From Ascidiella aspersa (lineage: Eukaryota), in the NCBI GenBank assembly GCA_963924565.1, contig OZ004613.1, positions 21,514,001 to 21,578,000 of the forward strand: 64,000 nucleotides of DNA, given 5' to 3'. The notes under the pieces were generated by a model. That model did no database searches, was not told the DNA's origin, and saw nothing but the letters and a program-made list of their open reading frames with translations. Below, piece after piece: positions 25,628 through 39,429 of the stretch. Position 1 is the stretch's first letter; each line of letters begins with the position of its first letter. The translations under genes and the position numbers were made by a program.

Positions 25628-25958
25628 CAGGGTTGCCAGACAGTCAAAAAAAAAAGCAGGTAAAAAATGCAATAAATGGTGATGCTGGTACATGAAATTT
25701 CCTTTTTTCTGGCAATTTTTCTCAAGTTTTTTTTTAATTTTTCTTGGCAATTTTTCGCTTTTTGATATTTTTTGGTCAGTTTTTCCGTTTTTCTGTTAGT
25801 TTAATATAACACTTTAGTTTAATATAACAACCCAAAAAAGCCTAACAAAGCTAAAGTTCATTTCGATTTGTTTTTTTTTGAAAAAATAAAATCCAAAGGG
25901 GTTCAAAAAAGCCCAAATTTTCAAATTTGGCTTTAAAAAATCCTAACTGGCAACCCTG
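25628..25958. mobile_element. hAT-type MITE (TIR CAGGGTTGCCAG), unit C copy
   Basis: TIRs and perfect TSD AGTCAACT. Confidence 0.85.
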
Positions 25959-27014
25959 AGTCAACTCACTAAGCTGAAATAGAAATGTGTAATGATGTAA
26001 ATTGTATAATTATGCAAACGTGTTTTCGGATCATACGGGGTACAAAAGGGGTACAAGGGGTACATAAGGTATTATATGTAATAATCTTTGCAAAATAGTG
26101 ATAATGTGTGCTTGACATTAAAGAGTTGACATTTCGTAGAAAAACCTATAATGGCAATTGTAAATTGGATTGAGGTATTTACCTCTTTTAAAACTATCCC
26201 TATTGTTGAAACAGGAAATAAAGCAGTAAAAAAACAATTAGGGTTGATGCAAATTTCCCCGGTACTTTGCTCCAAATTTCCCTAATACTTGTTTCCAAAC
26301 TTTGACTAATAATGATTTTTTTAGGAAAGTAACTCAGAATTTTGTGATGTTGGCACACCCACCCTGAATTAGACAATAGCGCACGGTTTTTCGACCCCCG
26401 TTGTATGTCTTCAATGCAAAAATAGTAAACGCAAAAAAGGGAGATATTGCCAACTTTGAACCACTGGTCTAAACTGTTTTTCTGCCTCTTACATAAGGCA
26501 TTAGTCAAGCAAATGTCCTACCTACCATGATGAATTAAAAAATGTAACAAGTTTAGCGGACCACTTTTGAAGATTTGGTTGGCTGCATATGGCATATATA
26601 GGTGTACTTTATATAGTGGTAACCAGTCGGTGTTAACTACAGAACAAGAAAAAACTAAACAAAATATAGTACCCGCGTATGCCAATTTTACAAACAGAGT
26701 GCCAATATTTTGATTTTTGATACGACGCTCGGTTTCTTACGTGTGCCTGTATGCTTTTAATCTTGCTATGCACAAGTAACACTAAAAAAATAAACTATAG
26801 GTGTGTTATTTTCTTAATTTAATGGTTGTTTTAATGCAGTATTTGCAAAAGATTTGACTGTAATTTCCGAAAAGTTTGTTAAATTCTGTAGTTTTTCAAA
26901 GATTCTGTGACGTCACAAGCGACTTGAAACAATGGATTTTCGCCAGGGCAAAGTTTTTGTTTACATTTTTTGTCATATTCGTTCAATGTCTTTTGTCGGG
27001 AACGACAGAAATTT

Positions 27015-30000
27015 ATGGCAGAAGCGAAAGCTATGATTTTTATTCGAATCGACTCTAAACTGTTAGCGCCCTTCAATGGGTTGTTCGGCATTACGTTCGA
27101 ACCAGAGCAGCCTGCGAATGATTTCCAGGCTTTGCAGAAATGCTTCTATTCAATGGTCCCTGACTCATTGGAGAAACTAAAGACCAACCCGGCTTTTAAC
27201 ATCGCTATGTTGTTGGTCAGTGTGGTAATGTTTATCGCACTTTTCGAGGGTGGATGTGTTCTCGTGGAAAGGTAAATATGTTTCCAATTAACAAACTTTA
27301 TATTTATTGAATTGTTTTCGTTTCGATAGCCATGTAATTTAACATAATCCACACTTGAGTTTTAACAGCTATCCTACAACGTTTTTTTTTCAACGTTGTT
27401 TAGGTTTGTATCCTTTCTACGAAGAATTGTGCGTTCGAGGAACGCTGCACTTGAAAAAGGCTTGAAGGTAAAGCATAGGTTACACCAGTATTTCAGTTGA
27501 TTGATCGGAATAGCTGCATTAATTTAAGTTTTCTTTAAAAAAAGTAAAAATAAAATTCTGAAGTTGTAGGATGCGGCTGAACTGCTGAATGCGATGTTTG
27601 CTAGCTAGCCTACTGAAAATAAACCTTATCTATACTAGGACAGTGGTCGGCAAACAGTGGGCCACGGCCCAAATGTGGACCGCAGGCCGCGAGCTATGTT
27701 TTATTGTTTTATCATGTAATTGTGGGCCGCGTGAATGCTGTGCATATATTGTATTGTATTTGGCTACGTGTTACTAAGATTTATTATATTGTCTCACCGT
27801 GGTTCAGGCCCGCGTGGTAAATAAGGCACTGTGAGGGCCCGTCAAATATATTTTTCAACTTTAACTATATGTAATCGCAAATTTTGTTTGTGATTCGTGC
27901 GTATATTATCGTTTTATAGTAGGTTTTATACATTATGACATTATTTTCGGCATCAATGCGCCATGTAATATTTTACCTTTTCTTGGTGTCCACAACCATA
28001 ACGCTGTGTGGACTAACACTCCCTACAAACAACAATTTCTACCAACATTTATCTAGTTAATGTATTTTTTTTATTTAACATTGTAATATTGCTATTGTAT
28101 CGTGAGTAACATTTATCCAGCTTTCACTACATGGTTAACATAATGTATTCATTTTATGTGTTTCGTTCGAACTTTTACGTGATTGCGGCTGCCGCCATTC
28201 CGCTGTGGAAATGCAATAGTTTTAATCTTTTATGCATTATTACGTCTAAGGCAGTGGTTCTCAACCTTTTTTCTTTCGTGGCCCATTTACGTTGCAAATA
28301 AATTCTGTGGCCCAATAGATTTTTTTGGCAGAAAAAACTGTAAAAGAGGTTTAGAACAAAACACAGCAGAACATATTTCACAACAGATTATTAACTCAAC
28401 CCTGCATTAGTGAGATACTTGCGGCTGTAATTTTGCATTACTTTTTAATGCCTTCCTAAGCCATTATTCCTGTAAAATTAAATATAGTGACACCAAAGAA
28501 ACTAAATCTAACTTTTCTAAATTGGTCTGTTGCCCACCTCAAATGTTCTTATGGCCCACTGGTTGATAACCGCTGGTCTAAGGTAAACGTTTCGCCACCT
28601 GGATTTTAGCTTCATATTTGCGAACGAGTTCGTTCAATACAACAGGTGTTTCTAAGAACAATTGTTTCATGGCATAACTTTGTGACGTCATTTTAATGCC
28701 TCCAACTCAAAACAAATATCCTGGATTCGCCGTTTTGTAGTTGTTTTACGTAGCGGGCCTTCAATAGCTTTAAAAAAGGGTATTTTGGGCCGCGACAAAT
28801 AAATTTGCCGACCACTGTACTAGAATATACGACTGTTTTAACCTGTGAGCCTCATTTCATATAAGGTATGACAATACAATACTGCACAAAACTACAAGCA
28901 AAATCATAACGTCGGCTTGTAAAAAGTGGTGGAAAAAATGTAACGTCGCCCTTCTGTCTCAAATACCTCTACATATTGTAATAGTCTTGTTTTTAATGAC
29001 AGAATTTTCTGCGAATTATCATGCTTTATTCGAAAAATGCTACATTTATAAACCAAGCAAACATTCATTTTAATTTTAAAGAACTATAACTCTTAGTAAT
29101 GCCCTTTTTTACGTTTTTGCGTAAGCCGTTGCTATGACTAAGCTTTCAATGTATGAATACCATTTTTTGTTACCTGTAAGTGTCTATTTCTAAGTTTGTT
29201 AATTTGTGCATGCAATATTTTTTCACAAAGATTTCAAGCAACCCAAACAACGATAAGTTGCTGACAATTTGCATTCCGGCAAGAAAGAAATTCGAAAATA
29301 TAGGATTGCGAGGTAATTGCTGTGGGATTTTATATTGATTGCTGCCTTGGGCTTAGTTGTACACCTTTTCAACCCATATTTGTGCATTTATAGGTCTACA
29401 AAATGTCGCCGTGAAGTCCATTGCGAAACCTTCTCTCAAATTACCATTCGAACCGTTCCTGTTACCTGATGATATGGTTGTGTTCCTTCAAACAGGGTTT
29501 CCGACCAATGGACCACGCGTACATTTCATAATCACCTCCGACATGTTTGAAATATTCCTTGCTCACTTAGAAAGGAATGTCTTGACCAAGGCTAAAGCTC
29601 TTCTGACTAAATTAAAGCAGAGTAGGGTACAGGATTTCTTAACCCCATCGTATGTAGGTTCACCGATTCTCCCCCTATGCTCACCACAGAGCAGCCCAAC
29701 TATCCAGGCCGTGTCTAAATCACCGCAGCAGGTCTTCATTTATTGCACGATTCAACCTGCCAAATCCTCTGTAAAACGCCCAATTACTCAAACCTGCTCA
29801 ACCCAGACGATTAACTCAGTAAGAGCACAATCCCTATCAGTCGGAAGCCAAACCTTTCAGTTTGTCACAACGCCAATTCCTACACAGACCATCAAAAAAT
29901 GCTTCATGCCCGCCCGTATCCAAACGGTTAATCCGATCCTCAAGTCAGTTCCAACCCAGACTTCCCAATCTGTTGGCAAACCCGCATCCACACAGACCTC

Positions 30001-31944
30001 TATTTCGACAACCGCCCCTGTTTTCACTCAAACTATTGGACATGACTCGAAAAGTTCACTTGCTGTGTCGACTTCAACTCAGACCTTCCAACGACCCATG
30101 CTCTCAGCGTCAATGTCTAGTCAGACTTCCAAAACTGTTGGTATCACTCTTTCCACCCAGACTGTAGCAGTCGTTAGTTCGCCTGTAAGCACACAAACAA
30201 CTCAAACTCAACCGGATAATGTACTACCATCGGACAATGGAACCCTACAAAAACGACAAAGCACAACCACATTCACCCAAACTATTTTTGGAACTGTTCG
30301 AATGTTGCCGGCGCTAAAACCCAGATCAAAGTTCAACAAAGGAACACAAACTACTACTCTTCCTGCGAGGGCTGGTACTTCGAAGAAAGTAAATAAAACT
30401 GACAAATCTTCCGTAGTGGCAAAAATACTGCGCCCAGTAGTTAGTAAGTCCCATGTTGTTGTCACAAGCTATCCAGGATCAGATGAACTGGGAGGATTCC
30501 TTGATCCTGAACATGAATATTGGCTTCAGAAATGGTCCAAAAGGAAGCACCCTTTTGTAAAAATTCCAAAATTCACCAATAACGATATCATAAAGGCAAT
30601 TAACAAATTGCCCAATGAAGAAAGCGTTGGAACAGCTCCCACCGAAGAAGATTGGGAGAGGTATTACCAAGAAGAGTTGGTGGAACAGGCAAAAGAAGAC
30701 GCACAGCGAATGGCACAGAAGGCATATTGCAAAAGACAGGACATAAATTCCTTCCGTAATCTCAGAGATACAACGAGCAAAGATACACTTCTTGTAGTTG
30801 AAGACATTATGAAAGCCATTAATCAACTACCAAAGAAAAAACACGTTCGCCAGGCCCCCACAGAAGAAGACTGGGAGCGTTACTACCAAGAGGAGTTGGC
30901 AGAGCAGGAGAAAGAAGACGCACAGCGGCTGGCGATGAAGGCAAGATCCAAAAAATCAACAAAATATAGGTCTTCCTTTCCGTCAAATCTTGGGGAGACA
31001 CCTAAGACAAAAAAACCTACTGCTGCTGGATGTCACTCCAAATTGCGCACACCAAGCACAATCAAGACAGCGATAAAAGTAAGCACTTCTCAGTTGACAG
31101 CTGCACCCACCTCTCGAAAAGCACCCGAAGGTTTTCCTTCTAAACTTTGTCCACCTACAAAACTTAAGGCACCACACAAAGTTGATTCTTCCTCGAAACT
31201 CCGTGCGCCGATCAATCACAAGGCTCAAATTGTGGTAACGAACCAGTCAAAGCTGCGACAGCCAAGCAAGTTAGAACGACCGGTGTCCAAGCGTTGTGGA
31301 TCCAATCATCAGATTACACCGAAAGACTTGAGTGATGTGCTTAAAATGATGCCCAAGATTGAGTCGTCTCCGATTTCCGAGTCTCCAACTTTTCATGATG
31401 CACCAAAAATCGATGAGAAAAAAGAGAAAGATTGGATGGCAAACATGCAGAGAGCCTTGACAAGGGAGAAGTTGTTCAGGATTCAAGATGATCCTGAGCA
31501 TCGCTGCACTTCGTCCTCGGTCGTCGGCAAGATGAGAAAGCCAACTAGGATGAGAAGAATAATTTTTGAAGAGGTGGATTTCCTGGATGAAATAAAGGAA
31601 CTGGCGGAACCTTTCAACCTCGTCCCATGCGTTTCCGGTGGTGCACGGCGGTTAGGAAAAATAAAGGTAAAACATTTTCACACAATATTTTGTATGATGT
31701 TAAACTCTTACTTGATTTACAGCCATACGATGCCAGCTTTTTTGATCTGGAAACACAACTGCTGGATTTCGTTGACGAGTTTACCGACGACCTGCCACTG
31801 ATTACAAACGAAGATATCCGCCATTTCTGCGATCGAACCCCGCACCTATACAATATGACTGACGCAGAAGAACAGGAGGTGGAAGCTTGGCTGCACACTT
31901 GCAACATTCCCAGTCAAATGCAAGTCGATCCACTCATGTTTTGA
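27015..31944 (+). CDS. TQT-array membrane protein, copy C, ~965 aa; join(27015..27271,27404..27467,29231..29312,29394..31666,31723..31944)
   Basis: Same exon structure and open frame. The last intron is shortened to 56 nt but donor and acceptor are intact. Confidence 0.78.
27641..28817. mobile_element. hAT-type element in intron 2 of copy C, with nested MITE at 28252-28575
   Basis: CAGTGGTCGGCAAA...TTTGCCGACCACTG, TSD TACTAGGA/TACTAGAA. Confidence 0.8.
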
Positions 31945-34900
31945 GTGCTATGGAGATATTTCTCTAAAGACAATGTGATCGCACGGATCACAACCATTCG
32001 ACCGGCGCCGAAAAGACGCTTAAATGTTTATTATTTTGTATTTCATGACTTTTTTAATAAATTTTATATATATATATGTATATATATATGTCGGTATAGG
32101 TTCTTTATTAGAGAATAAGGGAGACGACGAAAAACAAGCATTTGTCATTTTATTTTATTTAAAGTTTAGACCGCAGACTATTGCGTTACTTTTATTGTGA
32201 TATTTTAGTTTCAAAATATAGCATTTGTATGTACGTTTGGTGCGTAAACCTCAAACTAAGTGCAACATAATTTTTTGGTTGATACTTAATACATTATGGG
32301 AAAAGTGCCAGAAAATCCCCCCGAAAAACGACGAGAAAACACACAAGGTGTTTTACACGTCATCCACATTTGGTAAGGCCTTAAAAATTACGCTCAAAAT
32401 TGCTCTTGTATTAACGAGTATACTGAATATAAGAAAAAATACTAAATACATCCAAGGCGATAAATTGAGTTGATGAAAGCATTGGAGCATTTTTAACAAA
32501 ATAAATGGTATATTTATATATCGTTAATTTGGTGATCTATAGTTGTTCTCGGTCAAACTCGTGCAAAAATAGGGAGCTGAAATCCAAAACAATGCGTAAA
32601 TTTAGTTTAAATTGGCAAATAAGGAAGTCCGAACGTGCAATTATTTATATAGCGCCTTTGGTTAAATAAATATGATTTAGCGGTAAAATTGATCCGGTGG
32701 TTTTCTGTTCGGATTTCGCTGCCAGAGGATCAATGTGTCAAGACATTAAGCAGTGTTTCTTCCGACAATTCCGCTCAACCAGTGTCAGCCGTTGCGAGTT
32801 TTTTGGGCTTTTCGCTCAGCCACAAAAATTAGGTTTCGTCAGGTGAAACTTACCTCCACTGTCACAAACTATTTGTCTGTTCCAGACGATTCATACTAGA
32901 ACTGTCGATAATGTAAGTCATGGGGTTCGTGTTAGCTGTTATAAACAGGACTGTCCCAAGGGTTTTTCTGGCGGTTTTCGAAACTGTAGAATCTCCGTTT
33001 TTCACGCCAATTGTTTTAAATTTTGACACTGTCTTGAATGCGGAAACGAACCACTTGCCTGTGTAATTTAATTATTTAATGTCAACGTCGGAATATAACC
33101 GAAACTTGACTAAAACTATGAGTCGGAATGCGACCTCAATCCGTTAGAATGATGGGTAAATGGCAGAATAAGATTTATCATGTTATCTAACCAACCAATA
33201 CCTGTCTTAACCAAACTTGAAACCCAAACAATGCACATACAGTCCAGAAAGGCCGGTGCCTAAACTGCGGCTCCCCATCGTCCCATATCTTATATCCCTA
33301 CCAATTATTTAGGCAATTTAAAACTTATTCCGAAGTGCTTTTGACCTATGTCTATAAGTGAAAGACTTATTCTGTCGGGTTAAGGTCTTATTTCTTCATA
33401 AATATTATTGCTCATTTATTTTATTATATTTCGTTAATCCTAATACTATTGTATTATATAAAATGCCACTGTAGACATGGTTGTTTTATAGTGTTTTCTT
33501 CGACTCGTGTTGTCAATTCAAGGTTAATATTTTTGCACTCGCCCGCTCACCTACTGTAAATAGAGAACAATTGGCTTCGGGCGAGTACTGAGTGACACCT
33601 ACTTGATAAAGCAAAAATGAGTTATGTTCGTCAGACCACTGGGCGCAATTTGTTGATTTGCGACAAATGATCTTAAAAGCCAAAGATTACAGACTAATTA
33701 CTGCCTAGTACAGCGGCGGATGTTTTAAGAAACACATTATTTTTTTAATTTGCCCTTTTTTTTAAGCGTAAGTAATTTGCCTAATGTTGCTGCCATCTAA
33801 CGTAGAAACGTTCACTTGAAATAATTTGTCAAAATATATGTTTTACCTCGAACGTGATGGGCCCTTAGGAAATCGTGAGATTAACACATGGTATTGTAAG
33901 ATACGACCTTACTTAGCATAACGACTTAAAATATAGGCTATATTGTCTAAGGTGCCATTTTTTAGATCTGCTTTAACCGTACATTTTTGTACTTACTTAA
34001 TCTAACGCCATTTTCCTACCACCTTCGCCGAACGCAACTCTATTCCATTGTTAAAGCGATGTCATATTTTACCTTTTGTGACAACTTATTTTCATGAAAA
34101 TAAATTTTGAAATTGCTACCCGCGCCTAGAATACTAGAAATTAAATTACTTTTTTGTGGTAAACGTTGCCCACCTGCGTTTTGACTTAAATTGGGTTCGT
34201 TTTCGATAAGATATTTAATTTATTAAGCAACTGTTTTATAATAAAACGATTGTTGGTATTATTTATAGAAAAACATTTATAGAAAATACTTATCAACTGC
34301 TGTCTAGCTTTAGTTCAACATAAATAATAACACGCTTTTCTGAACAACTTTTTTTAACGTTCTGTTATGATTCCTAGAACAAAATATATGAGCTTTTTGT
34401 CGAAGCTTAAAACCTCTACATTTTACGTGCGTTTTCTTCTATAAGCCTAGATTCCTAGAAGGTACAAAACTTCAGCTTATCGAAAACTATACCCTTACCT
34501 ATAGTTAAATTTATTTTAATTGGTGTAATCATAAAAAATAATACAACTTAAAACTTACAAAGAGTTTCTTTTGCATGAGGTTGACCGGAATGAAAATCGC
34601 TTTTGTAAAATGCCAACAATATGATTAATCATATATAACATTTTCCGTTAACGCCACTGTTGGTTGTACGATTTGCAATTCTGCTTTAGGAGGACTAATA
34701 TTTAACTCAAAGCTTGCGTCAACTTTTTGTTTTGTATAACTATAAGAAGAAAAAAAATGCAACTATATTGTGGAGTTTAACCTCTTGGTTACAAAGTTGT
34801 AAAATTACCTCAAAACAATACGTATAATACGCTGCTTTCCATAAAGGTCTTTTTTATATGGTTTTATTCGCACTTAAACTGTACTAAACTTTAATGCTCG

Positions 34901-35125
34901 GCAATTATATTGCCACAAAGGCAGGATAAAACGAAAATACTGATCAGAGAATTCCGTTATTAGTTATGTTAGATAATTACCAATATCAGAATATTATTTT
35001 TTCGCCATTGTTATCAAATGTTTTCCTTTTTATGTTGTGAAGTAACAGATTCTAAGTTGACATCCGTTACCTTGTCCAAATATAAGATAGCCTACAATTA
35101 TATAGATAGTAAATAACGAAACGTT

Positions 35126-35329
35126 TAACGCTCGCTCTATCCATCGCGTCTGCAAGAGAACATTTTGGGGTGGGGTGTTGGCTCTCGATCGAACGCGAAG
35201 CATCGGGAAAGCATATGTGGACGTGCGTTGTGACGTAACTCCGTCTTGCGCGTGTGTAGATTCACCTATCGAAGTAGATCCGCCAATCAACGATCGAATT
35301 CTGGACAGAATGAACCATCTCACACATCC
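35126..35329 (-). pseudogene. 7SK, 3'-truncated (5' ~200 nt with promoter)
   Basis: Matches from the 5' GGATGTG to ...GAGCGTTA, then joins downstream spacer. The 3' hairpin is missing. Confidence 0.85.
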
Positions 35330-35496
35330 ACTACGAACATCCGTATGGATGTCTTTATGCTGAGGCAATACCAGTATGTTTTTATTTGTGGCTTGTAGGA
35401 AACTTAGTGAACCATAAATCCGCCAACAATAAACTGAATGCAAACTTACACAGTAACATAAACAGACAACTTTCAAACTATTAGCTGCATTTTGTT

Positions 35497-35734
35497 GTCT
35501 CGAGACACTTGTGAGGAAGGGGTCGTACGCTATTCCTATCCATAACGCTCGCTCTATCCATCGCGTCTACAAGAGAACATTTCGGGGTGGGGGGTTGGCT
35601 CTCGACCGAGCGCGAAGCATCGGGAAAGCATATGTGGACGTAACTCCGTCTTGCGCGTGTTTAGATTCACCTATCGAAGTAGATCCGCCAATCAGCGATG
35701 GAATACCGGACAGAATGAACCATCTCACACATCC
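35497..35734 (-). pseudogene. 7SK, 3'-truncated, with the same 12-nt deletion as copy 3
   Basis: Matches from the 5' end to ...CTCGAGAC. Lacks CACATCC and the 3' hairpin; first GATC is altered (CATC). Confidence 0.85.
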
Positions 35735-36374
35735 ACTGGAAACATCTGTATGAATGTCTTTATGCCGAGGCAATACTAGTGTGTTTTTATTTGTGGCTTG
35801 TATAGGAAACTTAGTGAACCATAAATCCGCCAACAATAAACTGAATGCTTACATTATAACATAAACAGACAACTTTTAAACTATTAGCTGCATTTTGTTG
35901 TCAGAAAACCAATGGACATATTAATTGTTAATCAATAAATTAAAAAAAATCATTCAATCAATTTATCTCAACTGTCTTTGACACCACATCAAAACTCGAC
36001 AACTAAACTTTAGCTCCCCTCGAACAACACGTAAAAATGGTACAAGCGATTTTTTTCGCTGTTATCGATGACAATGTAGAGAACCATAGGACAATCCATA
36101 TTTTGAACAGCAAAATGTTTTTCAATATAGTTTTATTCGCACTTAAACTGCAGTAAACTGTAATGCTTGACAATTATATTGACATAAAAGCAAGATAAAA
36201 CAAAAATACTGATCAGACAATTCCATTATTAGTTAAATGTTAGATTAATAACCAATATAAGTAAATTATTTTTTCGCCATTGATATAAAAATTTCCGTTT
36301 TATATTTTGAAGTAACAGTTTCTTGGTTGACATCCGTTACCTGGTACAAATATAAGATAGCCTACAATTATTTA

Positions 36375-36442
36375 TCACCTATCGAAGTAGATCCGCCAAT
36401 CAGCGATCGAATACCGGACAGAATGAACCATCTCACACATCC
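36375..36442 (-). pseudogene. 7SK 5' fragment (68 nt, GAUC hairpin) with promoter
   Basis: GGATGTGTGAG...GATCGCTGATTGGCGGATC...GATAGGTGA, then spacer. Confidence 0.8.
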
Positions 36443-37025
36443 ACTGCGAACATCTGTATGAATGTCTTTATGGCGAGGCAATAGCAATATAATTTTATTT
36501 GTGGCTTGTGCGAAATTCAATGAGCCATAAATCCACCACCAATAAACTGAATTACAAACTTGAATGATAACATAAACAGACATTCTTAAAATAATTGCTG
36601 GATTTTTTTTTTCAGTCGCTAATACACATACACAATGTTAATCAATACATTTATCTTGCCCGTCGCTAACGCCACACCAGAACTCGACAACTTAAATTCG
36701 CTCCCTTCGAACAACATGTAATAATACTGTAAGCGATTTTCCTTTTTTCGATGTTATCGTGAAAAATCTAGATAGCTAAAGGACAATCCATTTATGGAAC
36801 GGCAATTTGTGTTTTAATATAAAGTTTTTTCGCACTACTGAAGTAAACTCAAATGTTCTACTAGGCTATAATTTGAACGAAAAAACAGGATAAAACGAAA
36901 ACACCGATGAGAAAATTAGGTTGTTAGTTAGTTAGACAACCAATATCATTGAATTATATTTTCACCATTGTTGTGTCAGTTTTTTTCATTGAAACAAGAT
37001 TTTCAGAGATAGTAAATAACGAAAC

Positions 37026-37326
37026 AAAACAAGGGCATACTGCCACGTGCAGTGCCCATTCGGATGTGTTTGAAGGCGTCTCGAGACACTTTTAAGGAAG
37101 GGGCCGTACGCTATTCCTATCCATAACGCTCGCTCTATCCATCGCGTCTACAAGAGAACATTTCGGGGTGGGGGTTGGCTCTCGACCGAGCGCGAAGCAT
37201 CGGGAAAGCATATGTGGACGTGCGTTGTGACGTAACTCCGTCTTGCGCGTGTGTAGATTCACCTATCGAAGTAGATCTGCCAATCAGCGATCGAATACCG
37301 GACAGAATGAACAATCTCACACATCC
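37026..37326 (-). ncRNA. RN7SK: 7SK snRNA copy (all landmarks intact; alternative proximal flank)
   Basis: GGATGTG/CACATCC pair, two GATC motifs, central motif, 3' hairpin GGCACTGCACGTGGCAGTATGCC and TTTT. Confidence 0.9.
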
Positions 37327-38485
37327 ATTTGTAGAACCGACGCATACGTCTTTGTACAGAGCAAAATTCATTATGTTTGTATTTGTGGCGTGTAGGTAAC
37401 AAAAAACTAAAGATGTTAGCTATACTAGATTTGCTAAACAGCATGTAGAAATTTTCGATATTTTCGTTATTGATAAACACTAATGATTCTTTACATTGAT
37501 TTTTTTTCCATATTTGATAATTTCGTTACTGATTATTTGATAATTTCGTTACTGATAACACATATTCGCCAAAACGAACTGACAATTTGACCCAAGAGAT
37601 TTCCTTGAAAGATTCATTTTTTGCGTCACGTTTCGTAATTTTGCATAATGCTTAACGTATAGCCGTACATCGATGGATGTATGAGATGATTCGTTCTGTC
37701 TGGTATTTGACCTGGATTTATGTCGAGGGCGTAAAATATTTCACGCGTAGGATAAAAAGCCGTTTTAAATAGACACACATTTTAAGTTTGAAGCGAAATA
37801 ACTTAACGTCTCCTTATATTGGCAACCAAATTAGAAAAGTCTTGCAATGCCCATCTGTAACTCGTCAGCGCCCACAGGGGGGCGGTACCGGCCAAGATTG
37901 GAAGCACTGATATAACCGCAATATAACTATAATACCAACGTTGCCATATTTGAATACCCATAGTCCATGACTAACAGAATTATGGTTTTAATTATTAAAA
38001 TATAGACCATAAAAGTCAAAAAAACACGCCTTAACTTTTCAGAATTTTTGAGAAACCTGCTATTTAAATTTAACGAAACAGTGTACAAGCAATAAATCTG
38101 AAATTTTCGCACAGAGTTTGGAAATTATTTTTGACTGACGAAACAAAATACGATGTGACGTACCGAACCTTGAAGAGAAACTAAAATAAGGTTGTGATTT
38201 ATGAATTGAAGTTGTTCGCACAATTTTGAACGAATTTTCCGATTTACATGTACAAGAAATGGCATTTTTTATCGATATATTAAATCATGGATTGTAAAGC
38301 ACATTTTAGCGTTTTTCTCTAATGCAGATTTCAGCAATAAATTTTCGACATGCAGGGATTATCCTTGTTGATAGAAAGAAATTTACCGCCCATGGATTTA
38401 TGACTCATTGTTTTTTGTACAAGACACAAATAAAATTATTTTGCTATTGTCTCTGCATAAAGACCTTTATACAGATGTTTCCAGT

Positions 38486-38790
38486 GGATGTGTAAGATGG
38501 TTCATTTTGTCCGGTATTCGATCGCTGATTGGCGGATTTACTTCGATAGGTGAATCTACACACGCGCAAGACGGAGTTAGGTCACACCGCACGTCCACAT
38601 ATGCTTTCCCGATGCTTCGCGCTCGGTCGAGAGCCAACCCCCCACCCCGAAATGTTCTCTTGTAGACGCGGTGGATAGAGCGAGCGTTATGGATAGGAAT
38701 AGCGTACGGCCCCTTCCTTAAAAGTGTCTCGAGACGCCTTCAAACACATTCGAATGTGCACTGCACGTGGCAGTATGCCATCGTTCTTTT
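38486..38790 (+). ncRNA. RN7SK: 7SK copy, inverted orientation (second GAUC changed to GAUU; CACATTC; GTGCA in the 3' stem)
   Basis: GGATGTGTAAGATGG...GCACTGCACGTGGCAGTATGCCATCGTTCTTTTTT. Confidence 0.85.
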
Positions 38791-39390
38791 TCGTTATTTA
38801 CTATCTCTGAAAATATAGGCTTTGTTATATTTGGCCAAGGTAAGGTTGTCTGCTTCTTTAAAAACCTAACACAACAATGGCGAAAAAATAATTTAATGAT
38901 ATTGGTTATCTAACTAACTAATAACCTAATTTTCTCATCGGTGTTTTCGTTTTATTCTGTTTTTTGTAAAAATTATAGCCTAGTAGAACATTGGAGTTTA
39001 CTTCAGTAGTGCAAAAAAAACTATATATTTAAAAACAAATTGTAGTTTTAAATATCGATTGTTTTATAGCTATCTACAACTTCCACGATAGCGGTAAAAA
39101 AGAAAATCGCTTGCAGCATTTTTACGTGTTGTTCGAATTAGACGAATGCTTAGTTATAACGTTCTGCTGTGGTTTCTGCGACGCGCGAGACAGTATGTCC
39201 ATTTAATTTAGTTTACTAACAACAAAATACATCTGATATTTTAAAGAATGTCTGTTTATTTTAACATTTAAGTTTGCAATCCAGTTTATTGTTGGCGAAT
39301 TTATGGCTCATTAAGTTTCGTAAAAGCCACAAATAAAAACATAATGGTAAAGCCTCAGCATAAATACATTCATACAGATGATACCTACAC

Positions 39391-39429
39391 GCCACAAATA
39401 CAAACATAATGAATTTTGCTCTGTACAAA
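39391..39429 (+). promoter_or_regulatory. Candidate Pol III type-3 promoter: PSE-like GCCACAAATA (-63..-54) and TATA-like TACAAA (-30..-25)
   Basis: The same motif sits at the same distance from the 5' G in all ten 7SK copies that keep a 5' end. Confidence 0.7.

Larger units (their letters stand above)
1..37400. repeat. Tandem segmental amplification, three units: A 1-10641 (starts before the window), B 10642-24579, C 24580-~37400
   Basis: The anchor (a/g)ccgtc(a/g)cggtctgattcagacacc occurs at 1, 10642 and 24580. The same order follows each anchor: MITE, 5-exon gene, decayed hAT segment, 7SK cluster. Units differ by a few percent plus indels. Confidence 0.95.

Noticed and set aside
29357-31801. 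814-aa extended C-terminus in copy C
   Set aside because: Artefact of a 14-nt deletion inside the last intron. Splice sites remain, so the normal exon 5 is expected.
35437-35445. Octamer (DSE) upstream of 7SK copies (ATGCAAAC)
   Set aside because: One mismatch from ATGCAAAT, not kept in all copies, and at about -110, closer than a typical DSE.
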